From assembly GCA_951406725.2 (NCBI GenBank), contig OX597817.1, positions 34,596,001 to 34,660,000 of the forward strand: a stretch of 64,000 bases of DNA, given 5' to 3'. The notes beneath the pieces are model-generated. The model did no database searches. It was not told the DNA's origin and saw nothing but the letters and a program-made list of their open reading frames with translations. The DNA comes from Octopus vulgaris (lineage: Eukaryota). How positions within the stretch are numbered: position 1 is the first letter of the stretch; every line of letters begins with the position of its first letter. This document shows positions 28,250 through 42,540 of this stretch, piece by piece. Position numbers and translations under genes: made by a program.

Positions 28250-28640
28250 AAAAATAAACAAACTGGGACAAGAACGTGAAACATTTAGAAGACGACACAA
28301 AAAACACGGACGGGACATTCGAAGCCCTCAATCATCAGTCAAGAACCCGATCATCTTCGCAATTTCGGCTGATTAATCTTGAGATTGCTCCGATCTGGGC
28401 AGCCCCCAAGGGAAATCTAAGCCAAGCGCATTAGATTCCTTGGAAGAAAGCCTCGAATGTATACAACACAGGGACGGAAAACGGACGATGTTACACGAAT
28501 TAAAATACAAAAATACGTAAAAACAATAATGATAGCACGAATAAGAATACAAAATACGTAAAAACAATAATGGTAAGGATAACAACAAAACCAGGACGTC
28601 AGGACAAGCGTCTTTTCGACAGGACGAGTTAAGGTTTGAG
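28250..28640. mobile_element. (TA)n-flanked dispersed repeat family F
   Basis: Homologous to 34897-35180 and 60570-60676 (ggacaagaacg, gctgattaatcttgagattgctcc, cattagattccttggaagaaagc). Confidence 0.7.
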
Positions 28641-29434
28641 CTATATATGTGTATATATATATATATATATATAAATGTATGTATGTATGTATGTATGTAT
28701 GTATGTATGTATGTATGTATGTATGTATGTATGTATGTGATTACAATTGGGTGAATCAAGAGGGCAAAGCTGTGGGAGCAACACTAGCGTGCAGACGCAG
28801 TCAGAACGCCTACTGTGTCCCTTTCTGCTAGCCACAACTTCGTAGTTTCCATTGCAGCTGTCCTTCTCACTTCTTATAGCCTTTATAGTGTTCACAGAGT
28901 ATTGAGCAGCAGTAGTCGAGATGACATTTTAATACTCAGCGCGAATCATCATGATACAGGTAACTCTTTTCCAGTATTCAGATGGCTTCCAGCCCTCCGT
29001 ATCAGTTAACTTTTTCTCAATTACAACTTTAATCTTTATGCCTTCCAACACTGTTGACTATTCATCAATGCATCAAACAGAGACATGAAAGAAATCCTCA
29101 AAATTAGCCCGATCATTGTATAAAGTGATGTGTGTAGGAATGTTTTTGAGTTGTTGTTTGGCTCCTGATAGATCTGTGTATATGTACACAGTACCTTTAG
29201 TCGCTGTAATTGTTGTTGTTTCTCGTATGAAGAAATAGGAATTCGAGTTAAGGTCAAAATCGAAGTCAATACAGAATACAAAACTGATTCTGAAAAAACG
29301 AGCTGTGTCGTGTATCGACAATTATTTGTGACTTTTTTTTTTATGTGGTAGGGTGGGAAAAAGAAGTGTAACACTTCCTTGCCATTCGTTCGTCTGAAAG
29401 AGAGAGAGGGGGGACATAGGGAGAGAGGGGGACA

Positions 29435-29470
<36 letters not shown>

Positions 29471-29499
29471 ATAAAAAGTTACTATTAAAGTTTCTCTCT

Positions 29500-30450
29500 A
29501 AGGTGGCGATCTGGCAGAATCATTAGCACGCCGGGTGAAATGCTTAGTGGTATTTCGTCTGCCGCTACGTTCTGAGTTCAAATTCCGCCGAGGTCGACTT
29601 TGCCTTTCATCCTTTCGGGGTCGATTACATAAGTACCAGTTACGCACTGGGGTCGATATAATCGACTTAATCCGTTTGTCCTCTCTGTGTTTAGCTCCTT
29701 GTGGGTAGTAAAGAAATAGGTATTTCGTCTGTCTTTACGTTCTGAGTTCAAATTCCGCCAAGGTGGACTTTGCCTTTCATCCTTTCGGGGTCGATAAATT
29801 AAGTACCAGTTGCATACTGGGGTCGATATAATCGACTTAATCCGTTTGTCTGTCCTTGTTTGTCCTCTCTGTGTTTAGCCCCTTGTGGGTAGTAAAGAAA
29901 TAGGTATTTCGTCTGTCTTTACGTTCTGAGTTCAAATTCCGCCAAGGTGGACTTTGCCTTTCATCCTTTCGGGGTCGATAAATTAAGTACCAGTTGCATG
30001 CTGGGGTCGATATAATCGACTTAATCCGTTTGTCTGTCCTTGTTTGTCCTCTCTGTGTTTAGCCCCTTGTGGGTAGTAAAGAAATAGGTATTTCGTCTGT
30101 CTTTACGTTCTGAGTTCAAATTCCGCCAAGGTGGACTTTGCCTTTCATCCTTTCGGGGTCGATAAATTAAGTACCAGTTGCATGCTGGGGTCGATCTAAT
30201 CGACTGCCCCCTCCCCCAAAAGTTTCGGGCCTTGTGCCTAGAGTAGAAAAGAATTGTTAGCATGCCGGACAAAATAATTAGTGGCATTTTATCCATCTTA
30301 CGTTCTGAGTTCAAATTCCGCCCGGGTCGACTTTGCCTCCCATTCTTTCTGGGTCGATACATTAAGTACCAGTTCAGCACTGGGATCGATGTAATCGACT
30401 TACCCCTCCTCCGAAATTGCTGGCCTTGTGCCAAAGTTTAAAACCAATAT
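29500..30450 (+). mobile_element. SINE family A tetrameric array plus an adjacent diverged copy
   Basis: tatttcgtctg recurs at about 29551, 29721, 29905 and 30089; alternative tail at 30205-30250; a further copy at 30255-30450. Confidence 0.9.
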
Positions 30451-31859
30451 TAAAATTTTTCTCTCTCCTCCTTTTCTCTCTCAGCTTTAAAATGGCAGAT
30501 CCCACTCCGTACAACTAACGAATTCATCCAATTGACTAACTTTGCTTTAGAGAAAATTGTAAACTTCTCAAACTTGAATAGATTTTTTTGCGATCGTCTC
30601 TTCATAGCTTACAAACTTTTAGCAAATTTACAAATTTTACTAAATTCTTAGGCTCTGATCATTGCTTGGTTTTGAAGCATATAATTACACCCTGTGTGCC
30701 TCAGTAGAGAGAAGGTGCTCGATATTAGGAGCTGAATTCAAGGACATATTCTAACAGGAACGAAAAATTGAGATTTATCCAAGAATTCAGTATTTTCAGA
30801 TAGCTTTCGATCAATAAACCCGCTTAGAAACAACCCCGAGAAAATGGTATACCTCGAAAGCGTTCGTTTAGTTCTAACGTGCTATTAACATATAATAAAA
30901 TATTTATTTCTCCTTCCAATATGACTAGTGTTCTTGTTTTCTCACACACACACACACACGTATGAAGTGTGTGAGTATTGCTGTGTGCATGAGTAGGTAC
31001 TGTGTGTATGTGAGAGAGAGGGAGAGAGAGAGAGAGGAGAAGGGGGCGGGAAACAGAGAGAGAGAGAGAAAGAAAGCATATACATTGTATTTCATTCCCT
31101 TTCGACTCGTTCACTAATTTTCTCTTTTCTTTGTATCTATGTCTCTTTCTGAGCAAGTGTGAGTCATTGGACTGTGTGCGTGTCTGCTTGTGAGTATGTC
31201 TGCATGCGTTTGTGCGTGTATGTGTGAGTGTGTTTCTATGTACATAAATACGTATACATGTAATAATGTTTGTACTTATGTTCAGTTACGTGTGCAAGTA
31301 TATCGTTATTAATTATTACATTATCACCGTTTCCTGAAGCGTTTTAATTTTTCAGTAGACAATTACGAATGTCGAATGCAAAAACGAAATAGCTAATCGT
31401 TAAAACTCAGAGTAAGCTTACTTTTAGGAGAACATTTTAATTGACTTAAAACTTTCTACTGTATAATCAGCTTCGGTTCCTGGTTTAATTGTAATTAGAT
31501 GTTTATTGGAGCTCATTTAACACTTTCACAACCGGCATTTCTCTTCTTCAGTCTCAAAGAAAGGCAAAGATTTCTTATTAATATCGGAATTTCCTAGCAG
31601 CGCTATAGAGTTTGAAATGCATTTCTATAGAATTTGAAATGAAATAAAAACAACCTGCCTTCCAATATTGGTTTTGGCAATTCAACCTCCGTTTTATCGT
31701 TAATATCCTTCAGCAAAATATTGACATTACATATATTAAAAACAGATTTACTCTATGTATCAGGTTTTGGTCCTGCAAAAATCAATGTTAGAACCCACAT
31801 TGCTCATTCATTACGATCTGGTTCAGAATCTACCAATGAGTTGCCCAACCTGTGAGTTG

Positions 31860-32770
31860 ATAATAGAATTAACCCAACAATGTCTTCTATACATTAATGA
31901 CTTATCGTCATGTCCATCAACGCCCACTGTTATTATTATTCATTTTTGTCTAACTTTCTCTAACCGTACATTATCCATTCATAATTTAGGCACCACAAAC
32001 CAAACTCGCACTTATTCCATGAAGAGAACCCACGAAAGCATCCTCTAATGAGAACATGTTGATCCTACCTCTTTCAAAAGTAAGAATACACAAGCGCTAC
32101 TCGTATCAAGAAAATGTCATCACCACGCGCCTCTTACTCGTGAACAGCTTTTCAACTAGAACCTCATAATGACTCCAAACGTTGGGCTTCTGCATCACTG
32201 AGGTCTCTCCTAGTAAAAGGAACATCCTCAACATAGCTAAGACTTCATTGCAACGATAGGTTCTTCTCTTCGGAGCCAGAAGATATTTCATCCCCCAACA
32301 ACCACTGATATTCCAGAAAGCTTAGATCAAACATAAAATGGAGTATTGCTTTCACACGTGAGACACATAGACATACGCTGCTAAACACATTGACATCCTA
32401 GACAGCTCTAAGAAAAGACTCATTCAACTGATCGGCATAAAGCCCCTCACAATCACCCTCCAGCCTCTAATCCGCAGATGCACTGGTTTCTCACTCTGCC
32501 TCTTCTACGCTTTGTATAATGATATCTACTTCTCAGAACTAGCTAGAACCTTACCACTTCCACTCAAGCATTTCCAACTCATTCGTTTTTCCTCTCCTCG
32601 ACATCCTTGTTGTACCCCCACCAAACCCTGCGATAATAACTTCCCTACACCTTTCTTTACGGAAAGTCGGATCTTTGAAATTCCTTCCCTGATAAATTTT
32701 CTCCCGCGGGTGTTGGCTTGCGATGATTCAAGAGAAATATTAATGATATCGATCTAGGAGAACTTGACCT
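31860..32770 (+). mobile_element. Decayed LINE reverse-transcriptase remnant (CR1/Jockey-like)
   Basis: LLYINDL and MEYC..H motifs in broken frames. Confidence 0.55.
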
Positions 32771-33223
32771 CTTTCTCCAGACGCACCAAGCAGAAAAAAA
32801 TACCTGACCCCTGAGTATTTTTCGTTGCGAAAAACCTAGAATCGGACCAGGTAACTGGTCTGAGAATAACTACCTCTCTCTCTTTCACCAGTCCCAGAAA
32901 TCTTGAAACAGATAATAAAAACTGCCTTCACCTGCGACAAAGCTATTTAAAAAATAGTTAATTTGAAAAAAAAAAAAGAGATATGAATATTACATTTCAT
33001 CATTCTTATTTCAACACTAAAGATTTGGCAATTCATAGTCGTTAAAGATTAGGGGTAACATTTCAACGAGTCGAGATTCCGACATCCGTGTCACTCCGGC
33101 TTGGAATCACGTATTTGCCACTCTAATCATGTCCTCAGTCTCTTTGGCAAGATTCACTTTCTGCTGAACAATTGGTGATGTGATCAATAATCTGAACTAC
33201 TTTTTTAATTATCACCATCGTCG

Positions 33224-33270
<47 letters not shown>

Positions 33271-33315
33271 GTCATCGTCGTCGTCGTCGTCATCATCATC
33301 ATCATTTCCTTCAGA

Positions 33316-33470
33316 CTTTACGTTTTAAGTTCAAATTCCGCCGAGGTCGACTTTGCCTTTTATCCTTTCAGGGGGTCGATAAATAAAGTATCAGTCAAGT
33401 ACTGAGATCGATGTCATTCCCTGTTTTCCAAACTCTAAAACTGCTTGCGTTGTGCCAACTTTTAAAACCA
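33316..33470 (+). mobile_element. SINE family A, 5'-truncated
   Basis: Core gttcaaattccgccgaggtcgactttgcc. Confidence 0.75.
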
Positions 33471-33761
33471 TTCTTCTTGATGTTGTAATTTTCACTTTTT
33501 ATTATTTTTTTTTAGATAGATACATTTAATAATTTTAGAAACATTTCTATATTTATTGTTTCGTTTCCTTTTGTCTCCACATTTTTTACATCTCTCTTTC
33601 CTGTTGTCTTTCCGTCCTTATCTTTCTCTTCCTCCTTTTCTGGAATGTGAATCTATTATCAAATTCTTTTTCTTTTTCTATTTCATCTTCACCATTTATC
33701 ATTTATTCTTCATCTATACTGTTTAAAGGTAGGCAATATAAACTTTTAAATATTAATACTG

Positions 33762-33810
<49 letters not shown>

Positions 33811-33811
<1 letters not shown>

Positions 33812-34073
33812 CCTGTCGTATATATGTATATGTATATACATGTATGTGTGTGTGTGTTTGTGTGTCTGTGTTTGTCCCCCTAGCATTGCTTGACAGCCGA
33901 TGCTGGTGTGTTTACGTCCCCGTCACTTAGCGGTTCGGCAAAAGAGACCGATAGAATAAGTACTGGGCTTACAAAGAATAAGTCCCGGGGTCGATTTGCT
34001 CGACTAAAGGCGGTGCTCCAGCATGGCCGCAGTCAAATGACTGAAACAAGTAAAAGAGTAAAAAGAGTAAAGA

Positions 34074-34075
<2 letters not shown>
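33811..34075 (+). mobile_element. SINE family B 3' half
   Basis: Near-identical to 61700-61908. Confidence 0.85.
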
Positions 34076-34141
<66 letters not shown>

Positions 34142-34145
<4 letters not shown>

Positions 34146-34330
34146 AGAGAATTCACGAAAAAAACAAAAGACGAAGACAGGTGGTGTAGAAAACAAAGAG
34201 ATGTATTAGTATAACGCTCGGGAATTGAAAAAGTCTTTAACGTTTCGAGCCTACGCTCTTCCACAGAAAGGAACACAGAAAGAAACAAGGAGAGAAAAAT
34301 TGTGTGTAGTGGTTACCGATCTATCACGGC

Positions 34331-34332
<2 letters not shown>
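34142..34332 (-). mobile_element. Family E copy
   Basis: (TA)n on both sides; reverse homolog of 10380-10575. Confidence 0.65.
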
Positions 34333-34365
<33 letters not shown>

Positions 34366-34682
34366 ATATGATATATGATATGACGATGTATTGTCGGTAG
34401 ATATCAGCAGACACCAACAAATGATTTTTTTTTTGAAGTTATAAAGAAGAGCCACAAACTCGTGTTAGATTCATTAATCCTGATGTAGCTATGGCTGAGA
34501 AAACGCAACGTTACCAAAACACCGGATACTCTTGAATACTCTTACAGTAATAAATGCACATTTGTCTGAAAGGAATTGTACTTCAATGACGAAATACAAC
34601 AGCGGTTTAGCATATTTGTGTTCCAACCTGCCGGAACGTATAAAAAAATTATATGTAAGTTATCAACTTGTGAGTGTGTGTT

Positions 34683-34726
<44 letters not shown>

Positions 34727-34839
34727 GAATGATATAGTTACGGAGATTCACATTCAGGACTTCAAATTTCTGTGTCAACAAAGACAAGAGCCCCGCAGTA
34801 CTTCAATTGTCGTAAGTCTGCTGTCTGTAGCACCATCAG

Positions 34840-34896
<57 letters not shown>

Positions 34897-34897
<1 letters not shown>

Positions 34898-35180
34898 AAA
34901 TGGGACAAGAACGCAAAACATCCTGGTAACTAGGTGATAAAAAAAAGGGACAACAAAACATCCAGATAGACGATACAAAAATACAAGGATGGGTCATTCG
35001 AAGCTTTCTATCCTCAATCAAAAACTGGATCATCCTCGCAATTTCAGCTGATTAATCTTGAGATTGCTCCAATCTGGTCAGCCCCAAGAAAAATCTAAGC
35101 TAAGAGCATTAGATTCCTTGGAAGAAAGCATCGAATGTATACGAAAACAAGAACGGAAAAACAGACGATGTTACACAAAT
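34897..35180. mobile_element. Family F copy
   Basis: Homology to 28250-28500. Confidence 0.7.
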
Positions 35181-35225
35181 ATGTATATATATCTATATCT
35201 ATATCTATATCTATATCTATATCTA

Positions 35226-35340
<115 letters not shown>

Positions 35341-35483
35341 ACGATGTACTTAATTACTGTGCGGAACGATTAATCAATCAATAAGTTCATAAGTAAATTT
35401 GGAATTCAAAGCGTAAATAATGTAAACAGTGGGAGATAGGAAAAAAAAGACCTTAAGTGACATTAAAATAAAAACATTATATA

Positions 35484-35532
35484 CCCAGACTTAAGTTCAG
35501 GTTTCCTATCTTACAAGGTATTCATTAGTGGG
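35484..35532 (-). ncRNA. Type I hammerhead-like motif (one core mutation)
   Basis: ccca-CTAATGA-ataccttgtaagatag-GAAA-cctgaacttaag-TC-tggg; GUC triplet. Confidence 0.5.
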
Positions 35533-36304
35533 AGAAAGACTATTTTTAGAGATAGCGTTTCCTATGTACATGCTGTGGTTAGCGTAAAATGGAAAGGAAA
35601 CGAACCAAAATGAATCGGAACGAAACGGTAACATTACCCTGTGTGATTTACAAACCTTCCTTTATAAATATGTTTACAATTGTGTACATATAAATTAGCA
35701 TATACACGCGTACACACATATATGCGTGTAAATGTGTATAGGTAGAAATATATACATATTTATACGAACGTGAGTGTATATGTATTAAAAAAGAAGAAAA
35801 AAATGATTCGTGTATAAAGTAAAAATAAAAGACAAAAAAGAAAGAAAGAAAATCGAAAATTGGTGGGAGGGATTGCTAAAATAAATATTTATCGACTTCT
35901 CGCTTGGAGAACTTGAAATTGAAAAGCTGAAAAGCTCAGTGGATCAAACAACTGCAGTAAAGCGATAAACCACAACGTGTGAAGTGTTTCGTTTAATGTA
36001 ATCAGTTCCGACATGTTAAGAGTTATTCAGTTTGTGTTTGGTCTTACTTATTAAACAACGGGAAGGAATTTTCTAACATACATTTATAGAACTATTAGGC
36101 ACGTATGTTCAGCATGGCTTTTATAATGGCTCTTGTTTTGCCAAAAGGACAACAAAGAGGGAAAAGGTTATAATGCAACATAATGCAATATTGTAGCATA
36201 CACATACGATTTCCATACAATCATTTAACTTTATGCGTATTCACGCACGCGTGCATCCGCGCGCACAGACACGCACACACTCACACACATATATCATTCA
36301 CCTG

Positions 36305-36341
<37 letters not shown>

Positions 36342-36365
36342 TAGATAGATAGATAGATAGTTAGT

Positions 36366-36449
<84 letters not shown>

Positions 36450-36681
36450 AATATTTGTATGTATACTTGCATCTATGAATGTATGTATGCATGCATCTAT
36501 GCATGTCTACAGTATGTATGTATACAGAATAGGGCGCGGTAAATTGATGTAGAGTGCTATGAGTAGTCTTAGGATGGAGTGAATGATACCTTCCAATTTC
36601 CTCTTCATTAAAGTATAGGAATTTATACCTGTCAAAATGTTACATATTACATGCACACACAGACACGCATACATATATAAG

Positions 36682-36745
<64 letters not shown>

Positions 36746-36771
36746 CATACATACATACATACATACATACA

Positions 36772-36841
<70 letters not shown>

Positions 36842-36844
<3 letters not shown>

Positions 36845-37200
36845 TAATTAAAATATATGCATACATACAAGCATATAAGTATGTACCTACATCTACATGT
36901 ATATATACATGCATATATAAATAAATATACGTGAGTACAGGACACTACAACAGGACGTAGAAACGGGAAAAACATAAAATTATAACAAGAAAATAAGGAA
37001 AAGTCCCCGGTCATCAGCTGTCGCTAGTTGACCGGGGACTTTTCCTTATTTTCTTGTTATAATTTTATGTTTTTCCCGTTTCTACGTCCTGTTGTGGTGT
37101 CCTGTACTCACGTATATTTATTTATATATGCATGTATATATACATGTAGATGTAGGTACGTACATATATGTTTGTATGTATGCATATATTTTAATTATTA
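36842..37200. repeat. Near-perfect fold-back, 172 bp arms, 15 nt spacer
   Basis: 36842-37013 is the reverse complement of 37029-37200 with few mismatches. Confidence 0.95.
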
Positions 37201-37296
37201 CATTATTGTCTGACAGCGCCTCGCGTCGGTTCGTTTTCGATTCGTCGGTTCGTTCCATCTCTTGTCATCCATTTTAATATATATATATTTATATTT

Positions 37297-37470
37297 AGGC
37301 ACAGGAATGACTGTGTGGTAAGTAGCTTGCTTACCAACCACATGGTTACGGGTTCAGTCCCACTGCGTGGCACCTTGGGCAAGCATCTTCTACTACAGCC
37401 TCGGGCCGACTAAAGCTTTGTGAATGGAATTGGTAGACGGAAACTGAAAGAAGTAAAAGAAACAACTAAA
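37297..37470 (+). mobile_element. SINE family B 5' half
   Basis: Head and CORE-like segment. Confidence 0.8.
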
Positions 37471-37522
37471 AGAATATATATACATACATATATACATACA
37501 TATATATATATATATGTATAAC

Positions 37523-37678
37523 AGAAAATGGAGATTGGGAAGTTAATAATTGTTTATTAGCATCAAATTGGTCATCTTCACTTACAGCCGTTTCTGAGTA
37601 TTAATAGAAACGGCTGTAAGGGAAGATGACCAATTTGATGTTAATAAATATTTATTAACCTCTCAGTCTCCATTTTCT
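37523..37678. repeat. Fold-back, 73 bp arms, 10 nt spacer
   Basis: 37523-37595 versus 37606-37678. Confidence 0.9.
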
Positions 37679-38056
37679 TCTTCTTTTAAATGAATATAAG
37701 GTATGTTTTTATATATACCTATTATTTTGAAGTAAATTCATTCCCCCAAAATACTAGCTATTGAACCTTGGATGAAACTATCCCTTCATGAGGTTAACAC
37801 AACCTCCAAATAAATTTATATGTATATATATATATATAGTTAATCCAAACAAGAAAGCACAAAAAAACACAACAACGCGAGGACGTGGAACAAATATAGT
37901 ATTATTGGATGCTCAGGAAAGAAGGAAAGAAGGAGGGTTTAACGTTTCGAGCTGAGCTCATCGTCGGAAACATAGGAGAAGGAAAGATCCAGAGAAGGGA
38001 GGACAGAGGAAAAAAATCGCCAACGGTACACATGAGGTCACATTTAACGATATATA

Positions 38057-38152
<96 letters not shown>

Positions 38153-38188
38153 ATCAAAATAAAATAAAAACATGATGCGAAGGATTCA

Positions 38189-38266
38189 GCGGTACATATG
38201 TTTCGGGCCTTTATTAGACAGATTTATAACAATGCATAATGTATGTCTGTGGCCTTCTTCAGCCGC
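38189..38266 (-). ncRNA. Type I minimal hammerhead ribozyme motif (Penelope style)
   Basis: gcgg-CTGAAGA-aggcc..ggccc-GAAA-catatg-TA-ccgc; palindromic helix III; GUA triplet. Confidence 0.68.
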
Positions 38267-38598
38267 GCACAACAGCTTCCGCAAGGACATGTGTTACATC
38301 AAAAATTCTTGGTTGGGGATGCAAATCCTCTCATCCACGTACGACATAATGCGGCAGCAGCATAGAATTGAAGCGTCCATCTCTTTCTTCTCTCAATGTA
38401 GAATGAGGAAAATTGTATGTTGAGGTAATGTAAATAAATAAATACATATATAGAGGTGAAGATGGAGGGGCGAGAGTTCGGGACGAGGGATAAAAAATGT
38501 ATAAAACGTGTAAGTATAGAATAATATAAAAATGTAGAGGATAACTCCACCACCTACGGTATACACAGGTGCTTATAATTATCAAGTACTCACCCCGA

Positions 38599-38673
<75 letters not shown>

Positions 38674-39372
38674 TATACATACGTACATATATACATACAT
38701 ACACACACAAAGATGCGTGTGTGTGTGTGCGTGCTTGTGTTTCATTGTATAGTTTTTTGTGTTCAAACCTGTATATTGTGTCGACAAAATAAATATTAAA
38801 CAAATATCGAATTATCGACCTATTATATTCTGTCCCATTCAAATTAGCCTCACATGTAGCTAAAGCGATTTATGAATATCATAAACTCTTCATGGGGTTG
38901 TGCATTGGCAGCAGACTTGAACCGTGGAACAAAATGCTTTGCTGTGTTTTCTTCGGTCCTCTCTCCGGTGTCGATAAAATAAAACTATAGTACTGAGTCC
39001 TTTTTTTATCAGTCAACTCCCAATTTTAAAATTACTAGTCTTCTGCCTTAGATAACAAAGATTTTTATATGCTCTTCATAGTTCAGTCTGAGGATTCATA
39101 GCAACGGTTTTAGACTGGGTGTCCGATGCTGAGGAAGGAGAATGCAGAATGAGACAAAGGGAAGCAACTCAACAAGGTACTGGATTACTTTCAGATTTGA
39201 AATCTTATCTAGATTCTTGTCTAAAAATACTCATAGGAACTAATTCACTCATGATGGTCTAGTTTAACCAAGATTGAGTGTAGTTTCGGTGTATCTAATT
39301 TCAATCACTGTGATTTGGCTGATCCGAAGGTATGGTAAAAGAGACATGACCAAGGTGATTTGCAAACGAACT

Positions 39373-39546
39373 AGGCGAGGTTGTGTGTTAAAAAGTTTGC
39401 TTTCGAACCACAAGGTTCTGGGTTCAATCCCACTGCATGGCATCCTGAACAACTATTTTCTACTATAACCTCACGCCAACCAAAGCATTGTGTGACTGAA
39501 TTTGGTAGACGGAAACTCAAAAAAAGAAAAAAAAAAACCCGTCGTA
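39373..39546 (+). mobile_element. SINE family B 5' half, diverged
   Basis: Head and ggtagacggaaact..ccgtcgta. Confidence 0.65.
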
Positions 39547-39567
39547 TGTGAGTGTGTATATATATAC

Positions 39568-39620
<53 letters not shown>

Positions 39621-39769
39621 TGTGTGTGTGTGTTTCTATATGTATATATATATGTCCTGTATCCATATATATATACATATATATATATATATGATGTCCT
39701 GTACCCATATATGCATGTATATATACATATATATGTAGGTATGTACATATATGTATGTATATATGCATA

Positions 39770-39804
<35 letters not shown>

Positions 39805-40323
39805 GCACGCACACACGTGTGTGTGCGTGTTCGTGAGTGTGTGTATGTGTGTGTGCGTGTGCGTGCGTGCATGCGTGTAAAGAACCAAGTCAATGCGTTT
39901 TTCAAATTAAAAACATTTTTTTTTTTTTTTAAATGGAGAATATCCTGTTCAAGATTAATACCAAGGAATTACATAATCACCCAGAGCCTGCAAGAAGTCA
40001 TACAGCAGTATGAATATTGAATTGAAACGTGTCAGTCAAAGCAGATATTGCCGCCACCCTCTAGGTCGTCATGTCTCGATGAATTAAATTTAATACGAAG
40101 CTACAGAATTCTGTGTGTACAGACATCAGATGTAATATATATTAAATGGATTAACTGAACCGAAAACTTTATTTGCAAGTGGGTTTGTGGTGGGTAAGGT
40201 CGGACGATTTTATGCCTCTCTCTTGTAAAATTCAACCTTCTTCTCTCCATATTTTGAACATCTCTGCCTGAGTTTGTGTGCATGCTATACTTTTGGTAAA
40301 ATATTTTAGAAGCAGGATATTGT

Positions 40324-40732
40324 AGGCGCAGGAGTGGCTGTGTGGTAACTAGCTTGCTTACCAACCACATGGTTCCGGGTTCAGTCCCACTACGTGGCAC
40401 CTTGGGAAAGTGTCTTCTACTATAGCCTCGGGCCGACCAAAGCCATGTGAGTGGATTTGATTGACGGAAACTGAAAGAAGCCTGTCGTATATATGTATAT
40501 ATACGTGTGTATGTGTTTGTGTGTGTGTGTTTGCCCCCCCCCCCCAACATCGCTTGACAACCGATGCTGGTGTGTTTACGTCCCCGTAACTTAGTATTTC
40601 GGCAAAAGACACCGATAGAATAAGTACTAGGCTTACAAAGAATAAGTCCTGGGATCGATTTGTACGACTAAAGGCGGTGCTCCAGCATGGCTACAGTCAC
40701 ATGACTGAAACAAATAAAAGAGTAAAAAAGTA
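40324..40732 (+). mobile_element. SINE family B, full length
   Basis: Matches the B consensus end to end. Confidence 0.9.
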
Positions 40733-41282
40733 AGCATTCTAAAGTATGAATAAGAACCAAGCCCGGAAAGACAACACAAGGTATTTTCTGAATGCGCGCA
40801 CGCACTAGGCTTGTATATGAATCTGTGTGTATGTATATGTATATAAATATGTGTGTGTATACATTAATAAGGGTTCTGACCACCTGGCAAGCATATTGCA
40901 AACGACATCATTGGTTGCATTTCTAATCTATTTTGAAAGAAAGAAATAGGCCATGAATCTGTCCCTCATTACAGCATAGGCTCAATGAGAATCGGTCTCA
41001 GTGAGAAAATAAAATTTATAGTATATTCACTCGAGACACTACACCAAAATACATCCAAAAGATTCATGAAGAAGTATGTATATATTCATTCCTCTATTTT
41101 CGTTCAGTGTATCCTAATTTCTATTACCATGATAAAACTAGAAAGTTCAAACTCATATGTTAAACAGTCAAGAAGACGAAACGGTACTTATGGAGCGTAT
41201 CTTTTGAACTTGTTCAGTTAATTAGCCCACATTAGTCCATTTATATAGTAATACTTCGATATGTAAACGGCCATATTGTGAT

Positions 41283-41386
41283 CGTTGTTGTTGTTGCTGC
41301 TGCTGCTGCTGCTGCTGTTGTTGTTGTTGTTGCTGTTGCTGTTGCTGTTGTTGTTGTTGTTGTTGTTGCTGCTGCTGCTGTTGTTA
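41283..41386. repeat. (TTG/CTG)n repeat
   Basis: Simple repeat read directly. Confidence 0.9.
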
Positions 41387-41671
41387 TTGGTATTTAATTC
41401 CTTGTTACTAAGATCGAGAAGACCTATGATCAAAACATTTCATCCATGGCCATCTAGTATTTTTCCTGTGTAGGGAACTTGGAGCGTCCTTTCTCGGTGT
41501 GTTCCTTTTCTAAGACAGTAAAGTATGATTTGAAAGTGATTTGGCTGTTATTTCTACCGTGTCGAACAACCACAAAGGGTATTCCTCAAACGTTGAAACA
41601 GCTTGATTGCTCATTGCAATAAATTGCCAACAGAAATGCAAATTTTCATGATTTTCATGTAGTATAATGCA

Positions 41672-42070
41672 TACTCTTTTACTTGTTTCAGTCATTTGAC
41701 TGCAGCCATGCTGGAGCACCGCCTTTAGTCGAGCAAATCGACCCCGGGACTTATTCTTTTGTAAGCCCAGTAGTTATTCTATCGGTCTCTTTTGCCGAAC
41801 CGCTAAGTGACGGGGACGTAAACACACCACCATCGGTTGTCAAGCAATGCTAGGGGGACAAACACAGACACACAAACACGTACACACACATATCTATATA
41901 CATATATACGACAGGCTTCTTTCAGTTTCCGTCTACCAAATCCACTCACAAGGCATTGGTCGGTCCGGGGCTATAGCAGAAGACACTTGTCCAAGATGCC
42001 ACGCAGTGGGACTGAACCCGGAACCATGTGGTTGGTTAGCAAGCTACTTACCACACAGCCACTCCTGCGA
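41672..42070 (-). mobile_element. SINE family B, full length
   Basis: Reverse copy of the B consensus. Confidence 0.9.
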
Positions 42071-42540
42071 CTATACTTTGATAGAATTAAAATATATTTG
42101 CGTGTATTGCTAAATATTCACTTCTGTGTATGAGTGTGCCTGTGTGTGTGTGCATGCGTGTGTGCATGTGCGTGTGCATATGCTTGTGTGCATGTGTGTG
42201 TGTGTGTGTGTGTGTGCAAGAGTGTACGTATGTGCGTGGTGTTTATTTATATTTGAATGATCGGTGGCTGTCGTTTATCTTAAGTAGACCTATGTTTCAG
42301 CTGTTACTATCCCGATGTATTTCTAAACATAATATATCAAGAACTACTATATACAATTTGTTCCTTCTGTAAAATAGTAGGATGTTGTTTGAGGGAGATT
42401 TGACATCTCTTTCTAGCACGTCAAACAACCACTTAGCAATTTCCCAAGTGTTTCAAAATATACTATTGTCATCGTCCGCTTGCTCCAACTTCACTTCACT
42501 CTTTAACTCTCCGGCGTCGATAAAAATTAGCACTATTAAT

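Noticed and set aside
28315-28400. CTGATGA and GAAA in family F (minus strand)
   Set aside because: I could not build helices I and III in any hammerhead topology.
29500-30250. Regular repeats suggesting CRISPR or a hammerhead retrozyme array
   Set aside because: No unique spacers and no cas genes; the units are SINE bodies, and I found no CUGANGA core on either strand.
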